A stretch of 64,000 bases of DNA from an uncultured Candidatus Saccharibacteria bacterium (lineage in GTDB: Bacteria; Patescibacteriota; Saccharimonadia; Saccharimonadales; JACDBH01). Positions within the stretch are counted from its first letter, which is position 1. Every line of letters begins with the position of its first letter. The notes below the pieces were generated by a model. The model was not told the DNA's origin, ran no database searches, and was given only the letters and a program-made list of their open reading frames with translations. Shown one piece after another: positions 9,891 to 18,596 of this stretch. The stretch is taken from positions 576,908 to 640,907 of the forward strand of contig OZ246417.1 in the NCBI GenBank assembly GCA_965231105.1. The letters run 5' to 3'. The position numbers were made by a program, and so were the translations under genes.

Positions 9891-9967
9891 TGGAGGGCCC
9901 AGTGGGACTCGAACCCACGACACTCTGCTTAAAAGGCAGATGCTCTAACCTGCTGAGCTATGGGCCC
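9891..9967 (-). tRNA. tRNA-Lys (anticodon TTT), CCA encoded
   Basis: The minus strand folds as GGGCCCA-TA-GCTC-AGCAGGTTA-GAGC-A-TCTGC-CTTTTAA-GCAGA-GTGTC-GTGGG-TTCGAGT-CCCAC-TGGGCCC-T-CCA. All four stems are perfect. Confidence 0.9.
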
Positions 9968-10023
9968 ACAAGCATGTGTGAGCAAAACAACAGGGGTTAT
10001 TATCTGTTTTTATCTGTAAAATG

Positions 10024-10521
10024 TCAATGCTTGCCCTTTTTATGCTTCTCTTTACCATGATCTGGCTTAGAGATCGTAAAGGCAATCGTTATAACACTGG
10101 CGACAATACCCGTAGTGACAATCGGGCTCTGATAACTATGTAATATCTCCCAGATTTCAGTTGAGCCAATACTGCCCTGTAAGCCTTCGGAGAGCAGCGG
10201 CACAACAAGTAGGGCAGCGAGCAGCGCAATCGCGAGGGCAGGAACAAAGGCAAATATCGCCTTACTTCTTGGAATTTGTTTACGTAAAAACACCGCGCAG
10301 ACAAGAGCAGGCGAAAGAAGCACGGCTATTTTTGCAATTCCCACGGAAGCGTTGAGACCGCTACTAAGTGATGAGGCAAACAGGCTCACTTCAACGCCAG
10401 CCGCGCTAAGAAGTAAAGTACCCGCACAGAGCGCCAAGAAGACTACGCCAGTATTTGTACGCATAAGCAGCAGGAGAACCGTAACAACGGCCATAATACC
10501 CAGGAGGATATATTCGGTCAT
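10024..10521 (-). CDS. polytopic membrane protein (hypothetical)
   Basis: 165 aa, about 5 hydrophobic helices and a basic tail (HGKEKHKKGKH). Confidence 0.55.
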   Translation of the reverse strand: MTEYILLGIMAVVTVLLLLMRTNTGVVFLALCAGTLLLSAAGVEVSLFASSLSSGLNASVGIAKIAVLLSPALVCAVFLRKQIPRSKAIFAFVPALAIALLAALLVVPLLSEGLQGSIGSTEIWEILHSYQSPIVTTGIVASVITIAFTISKPDHGKEKHKKGKH

Positions 10522-10550
10522 ATCTTTAAGTCTATCACGCTTATGCCAAA

Positions 10551-11123
10551 CTAGAACTGTAGGGCCTTATCGTAGCCAATACCTAACTCTTTAGCACGAC
10601 CACTCTTGAACTCAAGCACATAACGTGTCGGCATATTGGGACAGTAGTTTTGCGGGTATGTTGCGGGCTCAACTTCAGACGCAGAGAAAACGACGCGCTT
10701 GTCATGATCAAGCCACACCATATCAATAGGGAACCGCATGTCTTTCATCCAAAAACAGTGATCACTCGTATCATGCTCTTCAAAGACAAAAAGCATCGCC
10801 TGATCAGATTTTATACAGCGCCGGTCACTAAGTCCCCTCTCTCTAGTAACCAATGTATCAGCTACTTCTAGCTTAATCGTTTCACCTGCCACAGAAAGGC
10901 TTTTATCGTGGCGATACGATTCAAAACAGCTCAGTTCGTACGCACTAAATAGCGCAGCAAAGACTGACCCAATAAGCACTATCCCTAAAATAACAGCGGG
11001 CAATAATCTGCTTTGTAGCTTACGCCCCAACACGGTCTTTGCGTGGTTGTCTTTTTGCGTTTTGTTCAACATACTCGATGATTTTTTCAGCCACATTACG
11101 TTCTGTGACCTTTTCGATACCAA
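10551..11123 (-). CDS. DUF192 (COG1430) domain protein
   Basis: MLFVFEE...FWMKDMRFPIDMVWLD...VLEFKSGRAKELGI matches the DUF192 pattern. The start is uncertain: internal Met codons at 11096 and 11072 would shorten the overlap with rimK. Confidence 0.65.
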   Translation of the reverse strand: MVSKRSQNVMWLKKSSSMLNKTQKDNHAKTVLGRKLQSRLLPAVILGIVLIGSVFAALFSAYELSCFESYRHDKSLSVAGETIKLEVADTLVTRERGLSDRRCIKSDQAMLFVFEEHDTSDHCFWMKDMRFPIDMVWLDHDKRVVFSASEVEPATYPQNYCPNMPTRYVLEFKSGRAKELGIGYDKALQF

Positions 11124-11931
11124 ATCCAGGGCTACTATTTACTTCCAGTACTAATGGGCCCCGTTCTGAACGCATAATATCAACGCCACAGATCGAAAGT
11201 CCCATAGCTTTTGCTGCCTTTTGAACAGTTTTCTTCTCTTCGTCAGTAAGACGTACAGCTATGCCTTCTCCACCTTGATGAAGGTTTGAGCGAAAATCGT
11301 CATCAAGCGACTGACGCTTCATGCTCGCTACGACTTTACCACCTACTACAAACGCACGAATATCTTCACCAGCAGATTCTTTAATAAATTCTTGCAAAAG
11401 AATGTTCGTACCATCGTCGTCCATCACATAGAAAGCCTGCATAACAGACTTTGCTGCCTTCTTAGTTTCGGCTAATACCACACCATTCCCGTGTGTACCA
11501 CGAGCTAACTTAATAATGACCGGAAAGCCGCCCATGTCATCAATAAGATCTTCTATATCATTTAGGCTACGGGTAAATACCGTTTTAGGGATACCAACAC
11601 CAGAGCGAGACAGTAGCTGAATTGCACGCAGCTTATCACGAGAACGAACAATGGCAATTGAGCTTGCAGTGGTAAAAACTCCCTGCATTTCAAACTGACG
11701 CACAATAGCCGTACCGTAGCGAGTCATATTGCTCGCAATACGCGGAATGATGGCATCGTAACCAGTAAGCACCTTACCCCTATAGCGGATAACAGGGTTA
11801 CTTTGTTCAATGGTGGCATGACAGTATTTATACTTAATAATGTCCACTTCGTGGCCACGCTTAAGCGCCTCTTCCTTCAAGCGTTGGGTAGAGTAATTGA
11901 TATTACCATTCGATAATATTGCTATCTTCAT
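11020..11931 (-). CDS. rimK: RimK-family alpha-L-glutamate ligase (ATP-grasp)
   Basis: MKIAILS...STQRLKEEALKRGHEV, ...GFPVIIKLARGTHGNGVVL..., ...ICGVDIMRSERGPLVLEVNSSPG. Shares an ATGA overlap with the upstream protease-like gene. Confidence 0.85.
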   Translation of the reverse strand: MKIAILSNGNINYSTQRLKEEALKRGHEVDIIKYKYCHATIEQSNPVIRYRGKVLTGYDAIIPRIASNMTRYGTAIVRQFEMQGVFTTASSIAIVRSRDKLRAIQLLSRSGVGIPKTVFTRSLNDIEDLIDDMGGFPVIIKLARGTHGNGVVLAETKKAAKSVMQAFYVMDDDGTNILLQEFIKESAGEDIRAFVVGGKVVASMKRQSLDDDFRSNLHQGGEGIAVRLTDEEKKTVQKAAKAMGLSICGVDIMRSERGPLVLEVNSSPGFGIEKVTERNVAEKIIEYVEQNAKRQPRKDRVGA

Positions 11932-12413
11932 AATTGACCTCTTTCACTCAGTTTCGCACGTTTCTTGCGTAACAATTCATTCTCTTCTTTAATCAGGGTC
12001 TTACCGGTCTTAACGTCAACCATGAATTTGCCTCTTAAGACGTTGCGCCCGATGAGCACAGGATATACTTGCGTACTTCTATCAGCAAGGGTAAAACTCG
12101 CTCTAATTCTACGACCCTCTAAGACCACCAACAGTTTGATCTTGAAGCGGAGGTCCTGATGGCCATTTGAGCTTATCACAATATCCTGCGTATATGCGTC
12201 AAAATAATGCTCTTTGCCAGTAAACAAGGGATGTCCTGGGCCAAAGAAGATAACTGAAAGTTTATCGTTCTTAACTTCAGCGTATGAGACCCATATAGCA
12301 GAGGTGCGTGCTCCCGTATCGATACGTGCATGAACAGTCTCGATTCCCTGTTCAGGGAACGAGATAACCTCGGCTCTACCGATAGTTTTATAGGGTTTAG
12401 CTATCTGGCCCAT
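11928..12413 (-). CDS. RimK-associated retropepsin-like/ATP-dependent zinc protease family protein (DUF785, RimB-like)
   Basis: VHARIDTGARTSAIW motif, about 160 aa, and translationally coupled to rimK, as in rimB-rimK pairs. Confidence 0.65.
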   Translation of the reverse strand: MGQIAKPYKTIGRAEVISFPEQGIETVHARIDTGARTSAIWVSYAEVKNDKLSVIFFGPGHPLFTGKEHYFDAYTQDIVISSNGHQDLRFKIKLLVVLEGRRIRASFTLADRSTQVYPVLIGRNVLRGKFMVDVKTGKTLIKEENELLRKKRAKLSERGQL

Positions 12414-12422
12414 AACCCGGAT

Positions 12423-12431
12423 ATTATAACA
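12423..12431 (-). promoter_or_regulatory. extended -10 box (TGTTATAAT) 9 nt upstream of the ATG at 12413
   Basis: The minus strand reads AGTATGTTATAATatccgggttATG, with no SD. Confidence 0.45.
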
Positions 12432-12463
12432 TACTTATGCTTTTTTATCAATATATTTACCCC

Positions 12464-13798
12464 TTATGAAATGATGTGCCTTTTTATTAATTCTACGACG
12501 TTATGAGTAGTTTCACGTAAGTTGCTTTTATCGTCAAAACCGGCATCTTTTAAGAAGATATTACAGAGTTTAAGGTTAGGTTTTGCGGGGAAATCTTCTG
12601 CACAGAAAAGTTGCAACATAATGTCAGCCTCAGGATGCCACCGAGCTTTATCATCAATTTTCTTTAACTCGCCTCCCTCAAACTTGTAATTGCCTGTTGT
12701 AATCGTCTCATCTAAATAGGCGGGTTTGCCTGTTTGATTAAAAAGCACCACAAAGGACCGTGGTCCGTTAATGGGCTGACGGATATCCTCTTTGGGAATC
12801 TCATACGGTTCGTGCGCAAGCTCGAGTATATGCAAGAGATAGAGCGGCACTTCACTATCCTGCTCGTTGAGCAAGGGAAGTAAGCCAGTTGTACGGGCGT
12901 TTATTTCTAAGACATACACCGTCTCACTCTCATCAACCAGAAAATCAATCCCAAAGATGCCACGAAAGCCTGACGTTCTGAGTATATCTCCGATAGTTTG
13001 GGTAATAGCCTGTATTTGAGAGGTAATTTTTTCTGACTCATTCTCAATAAATCTTCCTCCGCAGAAAAACATTCCTCCACGACCTTCTGGATCAAGCAAT
13101 TCAGGATTGCGTACTAACTGTTGCTGTAAAGGTCCAAGCAATAATCTGTCCGCCGAAACAAAGACCTGAATACTTCGCTCAATCCCATGTACGAATTTTG
13201 AAACGATACATTGTCCCGCAAATTTCTCTTCATGCAAGATTCCGAGCGCACGCATAAAATCTTCGAGTGATGTAACAATAAAAGTTCCACGCCCACCGCC
13301 GCTCGCTTCAGACTGCACCACAAATATATCGCCAAGCTTGGCTGTAAAGTCCTGGTACATCTTCCGTTTTTCTGAATCGGTCCAATCCTGAAATGGCATC
13401 ATGACATATTCAGGAATAGGGACCTTGCCGGTAAACAACTCTCTAAATACACGTTTATTCTCAAAACGACTGAGTTCAATAGGGTTGATGATGAGTAAAT
13501 CCTCACGCATACCTGCTGGTACCACTACAGACTTATAGGCTATGAACCTGTAGTCTGGGAGAGTTTCGGTGGCAACAACCTTAAACTGAGGTGTCTCGAT
13601 AATATTTTGTGTGGTAAAACTTTCGAGGTCATCATTCTGAATCCCGAGATCAACAATAAAATCTTCATCATAATGGCGACTATTCGCACAGACGAGCTTA
13701 TAGGCTTTAAACCACTCTTCTGGGCCCAACTTTGCCCATACAGAAGGACCAATAGCCCCGATCTTCGCATCCGCGTTATAGGTGATTTTTATATTCAT
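12464..13798 (-). CDS. ATP-grasp domain protein of unknown substrate
   Basis: FVVQSEASGGGRGTFIV, ...GFRGIFGIDFLVDESETVYVLEINARTTG (ATP-grasp Mg/ATP region), plus unrecognised flanking domains of about 130 aa (N-terminal) and about 110 aa (C-terminal). Confidence 0.7.
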   Translation of the reverse strand: MNIKITYNADAKIGAIGPSVWAKLGPEEWFKAYKLVCANSRHYDEDFIVDLGIQNDDLESFTTQNIIETPQFKVVATETLPDYRFIAYKSVVVPAGMREDLLIINPIELSRFENKRVFRELFTGKVPIPEYVMMPFQDWTDSEKRKMYQDFTAKLGDIFVVQSEASGGGRGTFIVTSLEDFMRALGILHEEKFAGQCIVSKFVHGIERSIQVFVSADRLLLGPLQQQLVRNPELLDPEGRGGMFFCGGRFIENESEKITSQIQAITQTIGDILRTSGFRGIFGIDFLVDESETVYVLEINARTTGLLPLLNEQDSEVPLYLLHILELAHEPYEIPKEDIRQPINGPRSFVVLFNQTGKPAYLDETITTGNYKFEGGELKKIDDKARWHPEADIMLQLFCAEDFPAKPNLKLCNIFLKDAGFDDKSNLRETTHNVVELIKRHIIS

Positions 13799-13846
13799 AT
13801 GTCATAATCCTACAGGAGAATAACTGGTTCGCAAATTGGAGTATAC

Positions 13847-14791
13847 ATGTCATCTCTCGCCCAAAAAATTCGAGCGATTTACTTTCAGCGCTTTGACGAA
13901 TTAGAGCTTGAATACCAGTTGCACTATGCCTCACGATTATATTCTTGGAATGATGATCCCGAAGCGGCTGAAAAGCTTCGTGAGTTGCGCCCTGTAATTG
14001 TTCCACCATCGACATCCGAGCGCCTTAAAAATCTCCAAGCAATTTCAGAAGAACTTGCTCACAAAGATTTTGAACGCGACGTTAATAACTACGGCTTGCG
14101 AAAACCGTATTTTGATAAATACCCTCATCTTTTACTGATTCATTCGGCATTATTTAGAATCAGACACTGGTACTGTATCTACGGTATAGACGAACGGGAT
14201 GCTCTCTTTGAGTTACTCCCCCAGAAGGAGATTGAAGCGATGATTACATCACTAAGATCAGACTCCGCAGCAATTCGTATTCTCTCTACATATGCAATTA
14301 ATACATTTTACCTATACGAAAAGTTGTACAAACAAGAGAGTGGCTCCCAGAATACTACTCATCTCTTAGAAATCGGAGCAGGTTATGATCACTCGAATCT
14401 TAAAGACTTACAACTAAAAATATACCTCTACACTCACAGCATTCTTGGCGAGACGCTGTTCTATTTCCAACCAATCTTACGGCATGAAGAAATGTATACG
14501 CAGATGCTTACAGAGATTGAGAAAATCCTAAGCGATCATTTCGACAAGATTAATCTTGATAACAAATTTGAATTCTTAGTATGTGCACAAATCTGTAATT
14601 TTGATACCTCGCTCGCAGAACAGATTTATCAAGAGGCAGAAAACTCAGTACACCAAGAAGGTTTCATTGTTGATATGCACAATCAGAACCGTAATCCACT
14701 TAAACAGACATTTCTCATGTCCGAACATCGGAATGTTCTTTACATCATGAGTCAATCAAAGCCACTTTTTAACACGCAGCCAATTAACTGA
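13847..14791 (+). CDS. hypothetical protein (divergent from the ATP-grasp gene)
   Basis: 314-aa ORF with GGAG 6 nt upstream of the ATG. No motif recognised. Confidence 0.55.
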   Translation: MSSLAQKIRAIYFQRFDELELEYQLHYASRLYSWNDDPEAAEKLRELRPVIVPPSTSERLKNLQAISEELAHKDFERDVNNYGLRKPYFDKYPHLLLIHSALFRIRHWYCIYGIDERDALFELLPQKEIEAMITSLRSDSAAIRILSTYAINTFYLYEKLYKQESGSQNTTHLLEIGAGYDHSNLKDLQLKIYLYTHSILGETLFYFQPILRHEEMYTQMLTEIEKILSDHFDKINLDNKFEFLVCAQICNFDTSLAEQIYQEAENSVHQEGFIVDMHNQNRNPLKQTFLMSEHRNVLYIMSQSKPLFNTQPIN

Positions 14792-14792
14792 T

Positions 14793-15908
14793 CTACTGTT
14801 TATGGCGGCGGAAATGGGTACCAAATGAATTTAATACTTTTCGGCGTGCCTCAGCATCATTCCATTGGGGGATTTCTTGAGAAGGCAAGCGATAGAGATC
14901 ATGCTCACGAATACCTTCTCGCTGCTCGCCGTACGTAGGGATTGTTGACGGATTTGCCCAACTCACCTGATTTTCGATAGCACCTGGAATTTGCACCGTA
15001 CGAGATTTATCTTGAGCTAACAACTGAGTATGTACGAGTTTCTTAAGAGCCAAACGAGTCCCCGCCGTTGCTTTTAGCTTCTCTACATAAGCCAAGTAAC
15101 CATGTCGATCTGCACCGGTAAGCTCCGAATGAGCTTCCGATAATGCTGCCTTTAGTGTTTCGTCTTGCAAAATCTCGTCAAGCAAGGTTGCGGTGCTTGC
15201 GCTACGGAGATTACGATCATGAGCCGGGATACTCTCGATAGCAACAGGGTGTCCATTTTCAGCATACACATTATCTTGACCGGCATAGTAGTAGCTTCGG
15301 ATTGGCACACCCGCCACATCTACGCTAACGGAGCTAAACTGATAGGCAAGTTCGGTAGCATGCAGCACAAGGAGCTGTTCACGTGTAAGGAAGTTAATAC
15401 CGACCTGCACTTTTGTCTCTCTTGTTTCTTCGCCTGCATATAAGATAGCGATAAAGTTCCCGTTTGCACCGGGACCTCCAGACCACACAATGTCATGACC
15501 CTGAAGTTCAGCATACACAGTTGGTATAACGAGCGCATCTGGACGACCAACTTTCTTAAACTTGCTTGCAAGCGATCCAGGGCTCATGTTAGCACCAAAG
15601 GCCAGGGTAGGAATTCTGTCTTCCATGCCCGGCACGCCGGCCGCAGCAAGAAACTCGTTGGCAGGCACTTCCTTCCCTGCTTCGGCTCTCATAGTAAAGG
15701 CCAAATTGCCATCATCATTTTTTACGAGTAATTCATACACGTATGAGCCATCTGTAACATAACTGGATTCGGGGCGCTGCCCGGGGTACAGCATAGGATC
15801 ATTATTCTGAGAGGCAGACAAATAATCCGTTACCCGTGCTTCGGGGACAAATTGCGCCGAGGAGATTTCTGGTCTGAGACCTTCATGAGACATTATAAAA
15901 TAATACAA
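14793..15908 (-). CDS. hypothetical protein with a possible gamma-glutamylcyclotransferase-like (AIG2/GGCT) core
   Basis: LAFGANMSPGSL resembles the GGCT-like Y/F-G-S-N-M/L motif, with a Glu (LHATELAY) about 80 aa later. The assignment is weak. Confidence 0.45.
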   Translation of the reverse strand: MYYFIMSHEGLRPEISSAQFVPEARVTDYLSASQNNDPMLYPGQRPESSYVTDGSYVYELLVKNDDGNLAFTMRAEAGKEVPANEFLAAAGVPGMEDRIPTLAFGANMSPGSLASKFKKVGRPDALVIPTVYAELQGHDIVWSGGPGANGNFIAILYAGEETRETKVQVGINFLTREQLLVLHATELAYQFSSVSVDVAGVPIRSYYYAGQDNVYAENGHPVAIESIPAHDRNLRSASTATLLDEILQDETLKAALSEAHSELTGADRHGYLAYVEKLKATAGTRLALKKLVHTQLLAQDKSRTVQIPGAIENQVSWANPSTIPTYGEQREGIREHDLYRLPSQEIPQWNDAEARRKVLNSFGTHFRRHKQ

Positions 15909-15944
15909 TATTTATGTACTTTGGTCAATCTACACGATAGATTG

Positions 15945-16061
15945 TTAGCCGTTAGCTTTAGACACTCGCAGATAAACAAAGAATAGAGCTGCGACAAGTA
16001 TAAGTATGAGCATCACAATCATTGTTATAAAGCCATGTTCTTTAGGCTTAAGCGTTTTCAT
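15945..16061 (-). CDS. possible 38-aa single-TM micro-protein (not in the ORF track)
   Basis: It translates as MKTLKPKEHGFITMIVMLILILVAALFFVYLRVSKANG. It lies in an otherwise empty 190-nt gap upstream of dnaJ's downstream region. No clear SD. Confidence 0.3.
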   Translation of the reverse strand: MKTLKPKEHGFITMIVMLILILVAALFFVYLRVSKANG

Positions 16062-16102
16062 TTGTTCGCATTATGCACCGCAGGTGTGAGACTTGTAAAG
16101 TT

Positions 16103-17194
16103 TTAGCGCCAAAAGCCTTTTTTGCCTGGCGATTCTTCGGCAAACTGTTCAAGCAATTCTTGTTGTTTTTTGCTAAGTTTTGTCGGTGTCTCAACGTTTA
16201 TCGTAACAATATGCGCCCCTCGCGTACCTCCACGAAGATGCGGAACACCATGTCCAGAAAGCTTAAAATCTGTACCGCTCTGGGTGCCGGCGGGAATCTT
16301 CATTCGTACTGGCCCGTCCACAGTCTGGACGTCAATTTCCGCACCTAAAGCAGCGTCTACCATCGAAACCGTTTGCTGTGATAAGACGAGGTCACCTTCC
16401 CGGGTGAACTCTTTGTGTGCCTTAACACGAACATTTACATAGAGATCACCCCGTGGTCCATTTGCAATTGCCTCTCCATGTTCACGCAAACGAATGGTGG
16501 AGCCATCATCGATACCGGCAGGAACTTTAAGAGTAATTTCTTGGTTTTTGCGTTCGGTTCCCTTGCCTTTACAAACGGTACAGTCTTTTTCAGGTACCTT
16601 ACCAATTCCTCTGCAAGTGGGGCACACAGTGGCCTGCTGAATGTTGCCAAAGATAGTGCGGGTTACGTTTACAACCTGGCCAGAACCCTTACAGGTTGCG
16701 CACTCTTTCATCTCATGTCCGGGCTCAACCATTTTACCCTTACAATGCGAACAGGGTTCGTCCATAACCAGATTTAGTTCTACTTCAGTACCAAATATAG
16801 CCTGTTCAAAACTGATAACAACATCTGTTTCGACATCGCGACCGCGGCTCGGGCGTTGCTGCTGACGACCGCCGCCGAAGAAACTGTTAAAAATGTCCCC
16901 TAGTCCAAGATCGCCAAAATCGAAGTTAACATTCTGGCCGCCGAATCCACCAAATGGATTGCCGTCACTGGCGGCACTGCTCCCTACACCCGCATGCCCA
17001 AACTGATCGTAGCGTTTGCGCTTTTCGGGGTTACTGAGGACCTCATAGGCTTCGTTGGCTTCTTTGAACTTCGTCTCATCACCACCTCGATCGGGGTGAT
17101 ATTCAATAGCTTTTTTACGAAAAGCCTTCTTTATTTCATCAGGGCTGGCATTCTGACCAATACCCAAAACCTCGTAATAATCACGCTTACTCAT
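16103..17194 (-). CDS. dnaJ: molecular chaperone DnaJ
   Basis: MSKRDYYEVLG...HPD J-domain, a G/F region and four CxxCxGxG zinc motifs (CSHCKGKM, CATCKGSG, CPTCRGIG, CTVCKGKG). I prefer the ATG at 17194 to the track's GTG at 17200. Confidence 0.95.
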   Translation of the reverse strand: MSKRDYYEVLGIGQNASPDEIKKAFRKKAIEYHPDRGGDETKFKEANEAYEVLSNPEKRKRYDQFGHAGVGSSAASDGNPFGGFGGQNVNFDFGDLGLGDIFNSFFGGGRQQQRPSRGRDVETDVVISFEQAIFGTEVELNLVMDEPCSHCKGKMVEPGHEMKECATCKGSGQVVNVTRTIFGNIQQATVCPTCRGIGKVPEKDCTVCKGKGTERKNQEITLKVPAGIDDGSTIRLREHGEAIANGPRGDLYVNVRVKAHKEFTREGDLVLSQQTVSMVDAALGAEIDVQTVDGPVRMKIPAGTQSGTDFKLSGHGVPHLRGGTRGAHIVTINVETPTKLSKKQQELLEQFAEESPGKKGFWR

Positions 17195-17206
17195 GCTCAC
17201 AATATT

Positions 17207-17234
17207 TTAGCACTCTACCCGGGTAGAGTGCTAG
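17207..17234 (-). promoter_or_regulatory. CIRCE-like HrcA operator upstream of dnaJ (10-nt spacer; perfect 13+13 palindrome)
   Basis: TTAGCACTC-tacccgggta-GAGTGCTAG. The core tagcactctaccc/gggtagagtgcta is a perfect palindrome. On the minus strand the arm merges into TGCTAAAAT (extended -10), 9 nt before the dnaJ ATG. Confidence 0.7.
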
Positions 17235-17263
17235 CTTTTTGCGAGGATGCTCTCGTTATGAAG

Positions 17264-17536
17264 TTATATAGTGTGGGTTGTGCTACCGCGTCCACTTAAC
17301 GCCCTATAGATAGCGAGAGCAATACATGCACCGCCTATAGCGACCAAGACACTTCGGATGTTAAAACCGGTTACACCTGATTCACCAAATAAGCCCATCA
17401 CAAAGCCACCGATAACCGCGCCAATAATACCAACGATGATATTTGCTATCCCACCCTGCTCTGCATCAGTCCTCATAATCATTGAGGCGATCCAGCCAGC
17501 CAAGGCTCCTAAGATAATCCACGAGATAATTCCCAT
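17264..17536 (-). CDS. GlsB/YeaQ/YmgE-family (transglycosylase-associated) stress membrane protein
   Basis: MGIISWIILGALAGWIAS...GIIGAVIGGF is typical of the family. AAGGAG lies 8 nt upstream of this internal Met, so the track's 17587 start is rejected. Confidence 0.8.
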   Translation of the reverse strand: MGIISWIILGALAGWIASMIMRTDAEQGGIANIIVGIIGAVIGGFVMGLFGESGVTGFNIRSVLVAIGGACIALAIYRALSGRGSTTHTI

Positions 17537-17623
17537 ACGTATTCTCCTTTTAAGATTTGTATAGAAATAAGTATGTCCTACTGGCAAGTTAACAAAAATT
17601 AAAATTCTTACACCTCTAAAGTG

Positions 17624-18136
17624 TTATTTTCGAGGGACAAGCTCTAAGGCTGCGGAGAGCGCAACTATATCCTCAGGTTTCGGTGAAGTAGCCATCCTAT
17701 GGTTATAGTGCACGGTTACCAGATTTTTCATAATAACCAAACCATCGCCTACATCTCGTTTTAGCTCTACGCGAGGAACACGGGTTACTCCTTTTATAAG
17801 ATCTATACCTCCAAATATAATAGCTTCCGTCGCTATAGGTTCTTCATCTTCAACAGCCGTGTTTACAAGAATAAAAGCCCCATCCGTCTCCCGGCAATCG
17901 GTAAGTTCAAAGCGTAGCGCCGGATATGCTTCTGCCTGCCAGGCAGCAACCGGAAATTCATACTCTGTCTTCTTTCCTTTAACTATCAAGCTTCTGGATG
18001 TACAGCCTAACTGCCCCGCTGCCTCAGCTGCCTTTACCTTTTTAAACGTTCTCTCGGCAGCCCTCACGCGGTCTTCAGGTGATCTAAGAAATCTGCGGGG
18101 CTTGGGTAAATCCGTAAAAAGAGATGTTTCATTCAT
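17624..18136 (-). CDS. hypothetical protein
   Basis: 170-aa ORF between dnaK and dnaJ. No motif recognised. Confidence 0.5.
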   Translation of the reverse strand: MNETSLFTDLPKPRRFLRSPEDRVRAAERTFKKVKAAEAAGQLGCTSRSLIVKGKKTEYEFPVAAWQAEAYPALRFELTDCRETDGAFILVNTAVEDEEPIATEAIIFGGIDLIKGVTRVPRVELKRDVGDGLVIMKNLVTVHYNHRMATSPKPEDIVALSAALELVPRK

Positions 18137-18206
18137 AGCACAATAAGCGTAGCTCGACTATTAACGCAAAACTGTGAAATTTATTGCTTAGAGGATAATT
18201 CTCCCT

Positions 18207-18587
18207 CTAGGCTATATCCGTTATTGCTGCTAAACCGTATATAACTTCTTCTTTAATAAATTCCGCGTCCACCTCTTTCTCGTCCATGATATATGCTTCG
18301 TCAAGTTCTATTTCGTACCCCTTGCTCCCCCAGTACATCATGAGTCTGTGATCAGGCACCACTTCTCCTTCCATCTCTATCAGGGAAACGAGTTGCATCA
18401 CTTCGACAAAGGATCCTGCATGCACATCATACGCACTCTTTGCCCTTGCTGAGCCAGATAGAAGCCTTACCCCTTCGTTATCGTCACCTTCTTCATCGGG
18501 AGGAACTGGCTCAAACTCAACACCATAAAATGCCAAGGTAACAGCATCGAGTATCTCGCGATGAGATGAGGGAGAAAACTCAGACAT
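18207..18587 (-). CDS. acidic hypothetical protein immediately downstream of dnaK
   Basis: The ATG lies 9 nt after the dnaK stop, with AAGG overlapping that stop. The protein is strongly acidic (EFEPVPPDEEGDDNEG). Confidence 0.5.
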   Translation of the reverse strand: MSEFSPSSHREILDAVTLAFYGVEFEPVPPDEEGDDNEGVRLLSGSARAKSAYDVHAGSFVEVMQLVSLIEMEGEVVPDHRLMMYWGSKGYEIELDEAYIMDEKEVDAEFIKEEVIYGLAAITDIA

Positions 18588-18596
18588 AATCAAACC

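Noticed and set aside
9874-9918. N-terminal extensions proposed by the track that overlap tRNAs or upstream genes. Besides this one, they are 54564-54632, 24214-24378, 28140-28184, 17537-17587, 40045-40107, 17195-17200, 51993-52013 and 37009-37014.
   Set aside because: They overlap tRNA genes or the preceding CDS, or they use TTG/GTG where a nearby ATG is preceded by an SD or an extended -10 box and gives the canonical family N-terminus.
15945-16061. The small ORF MKTLKPKEHGFITMIV... as a type IV prepilin, given the G-F motif and hydrophobic helix.
   Set aside because: It lacks the conserved Glu at +5 after the Gly and has no globular pilin domain. I list it only as a low-confidence micro-protein.
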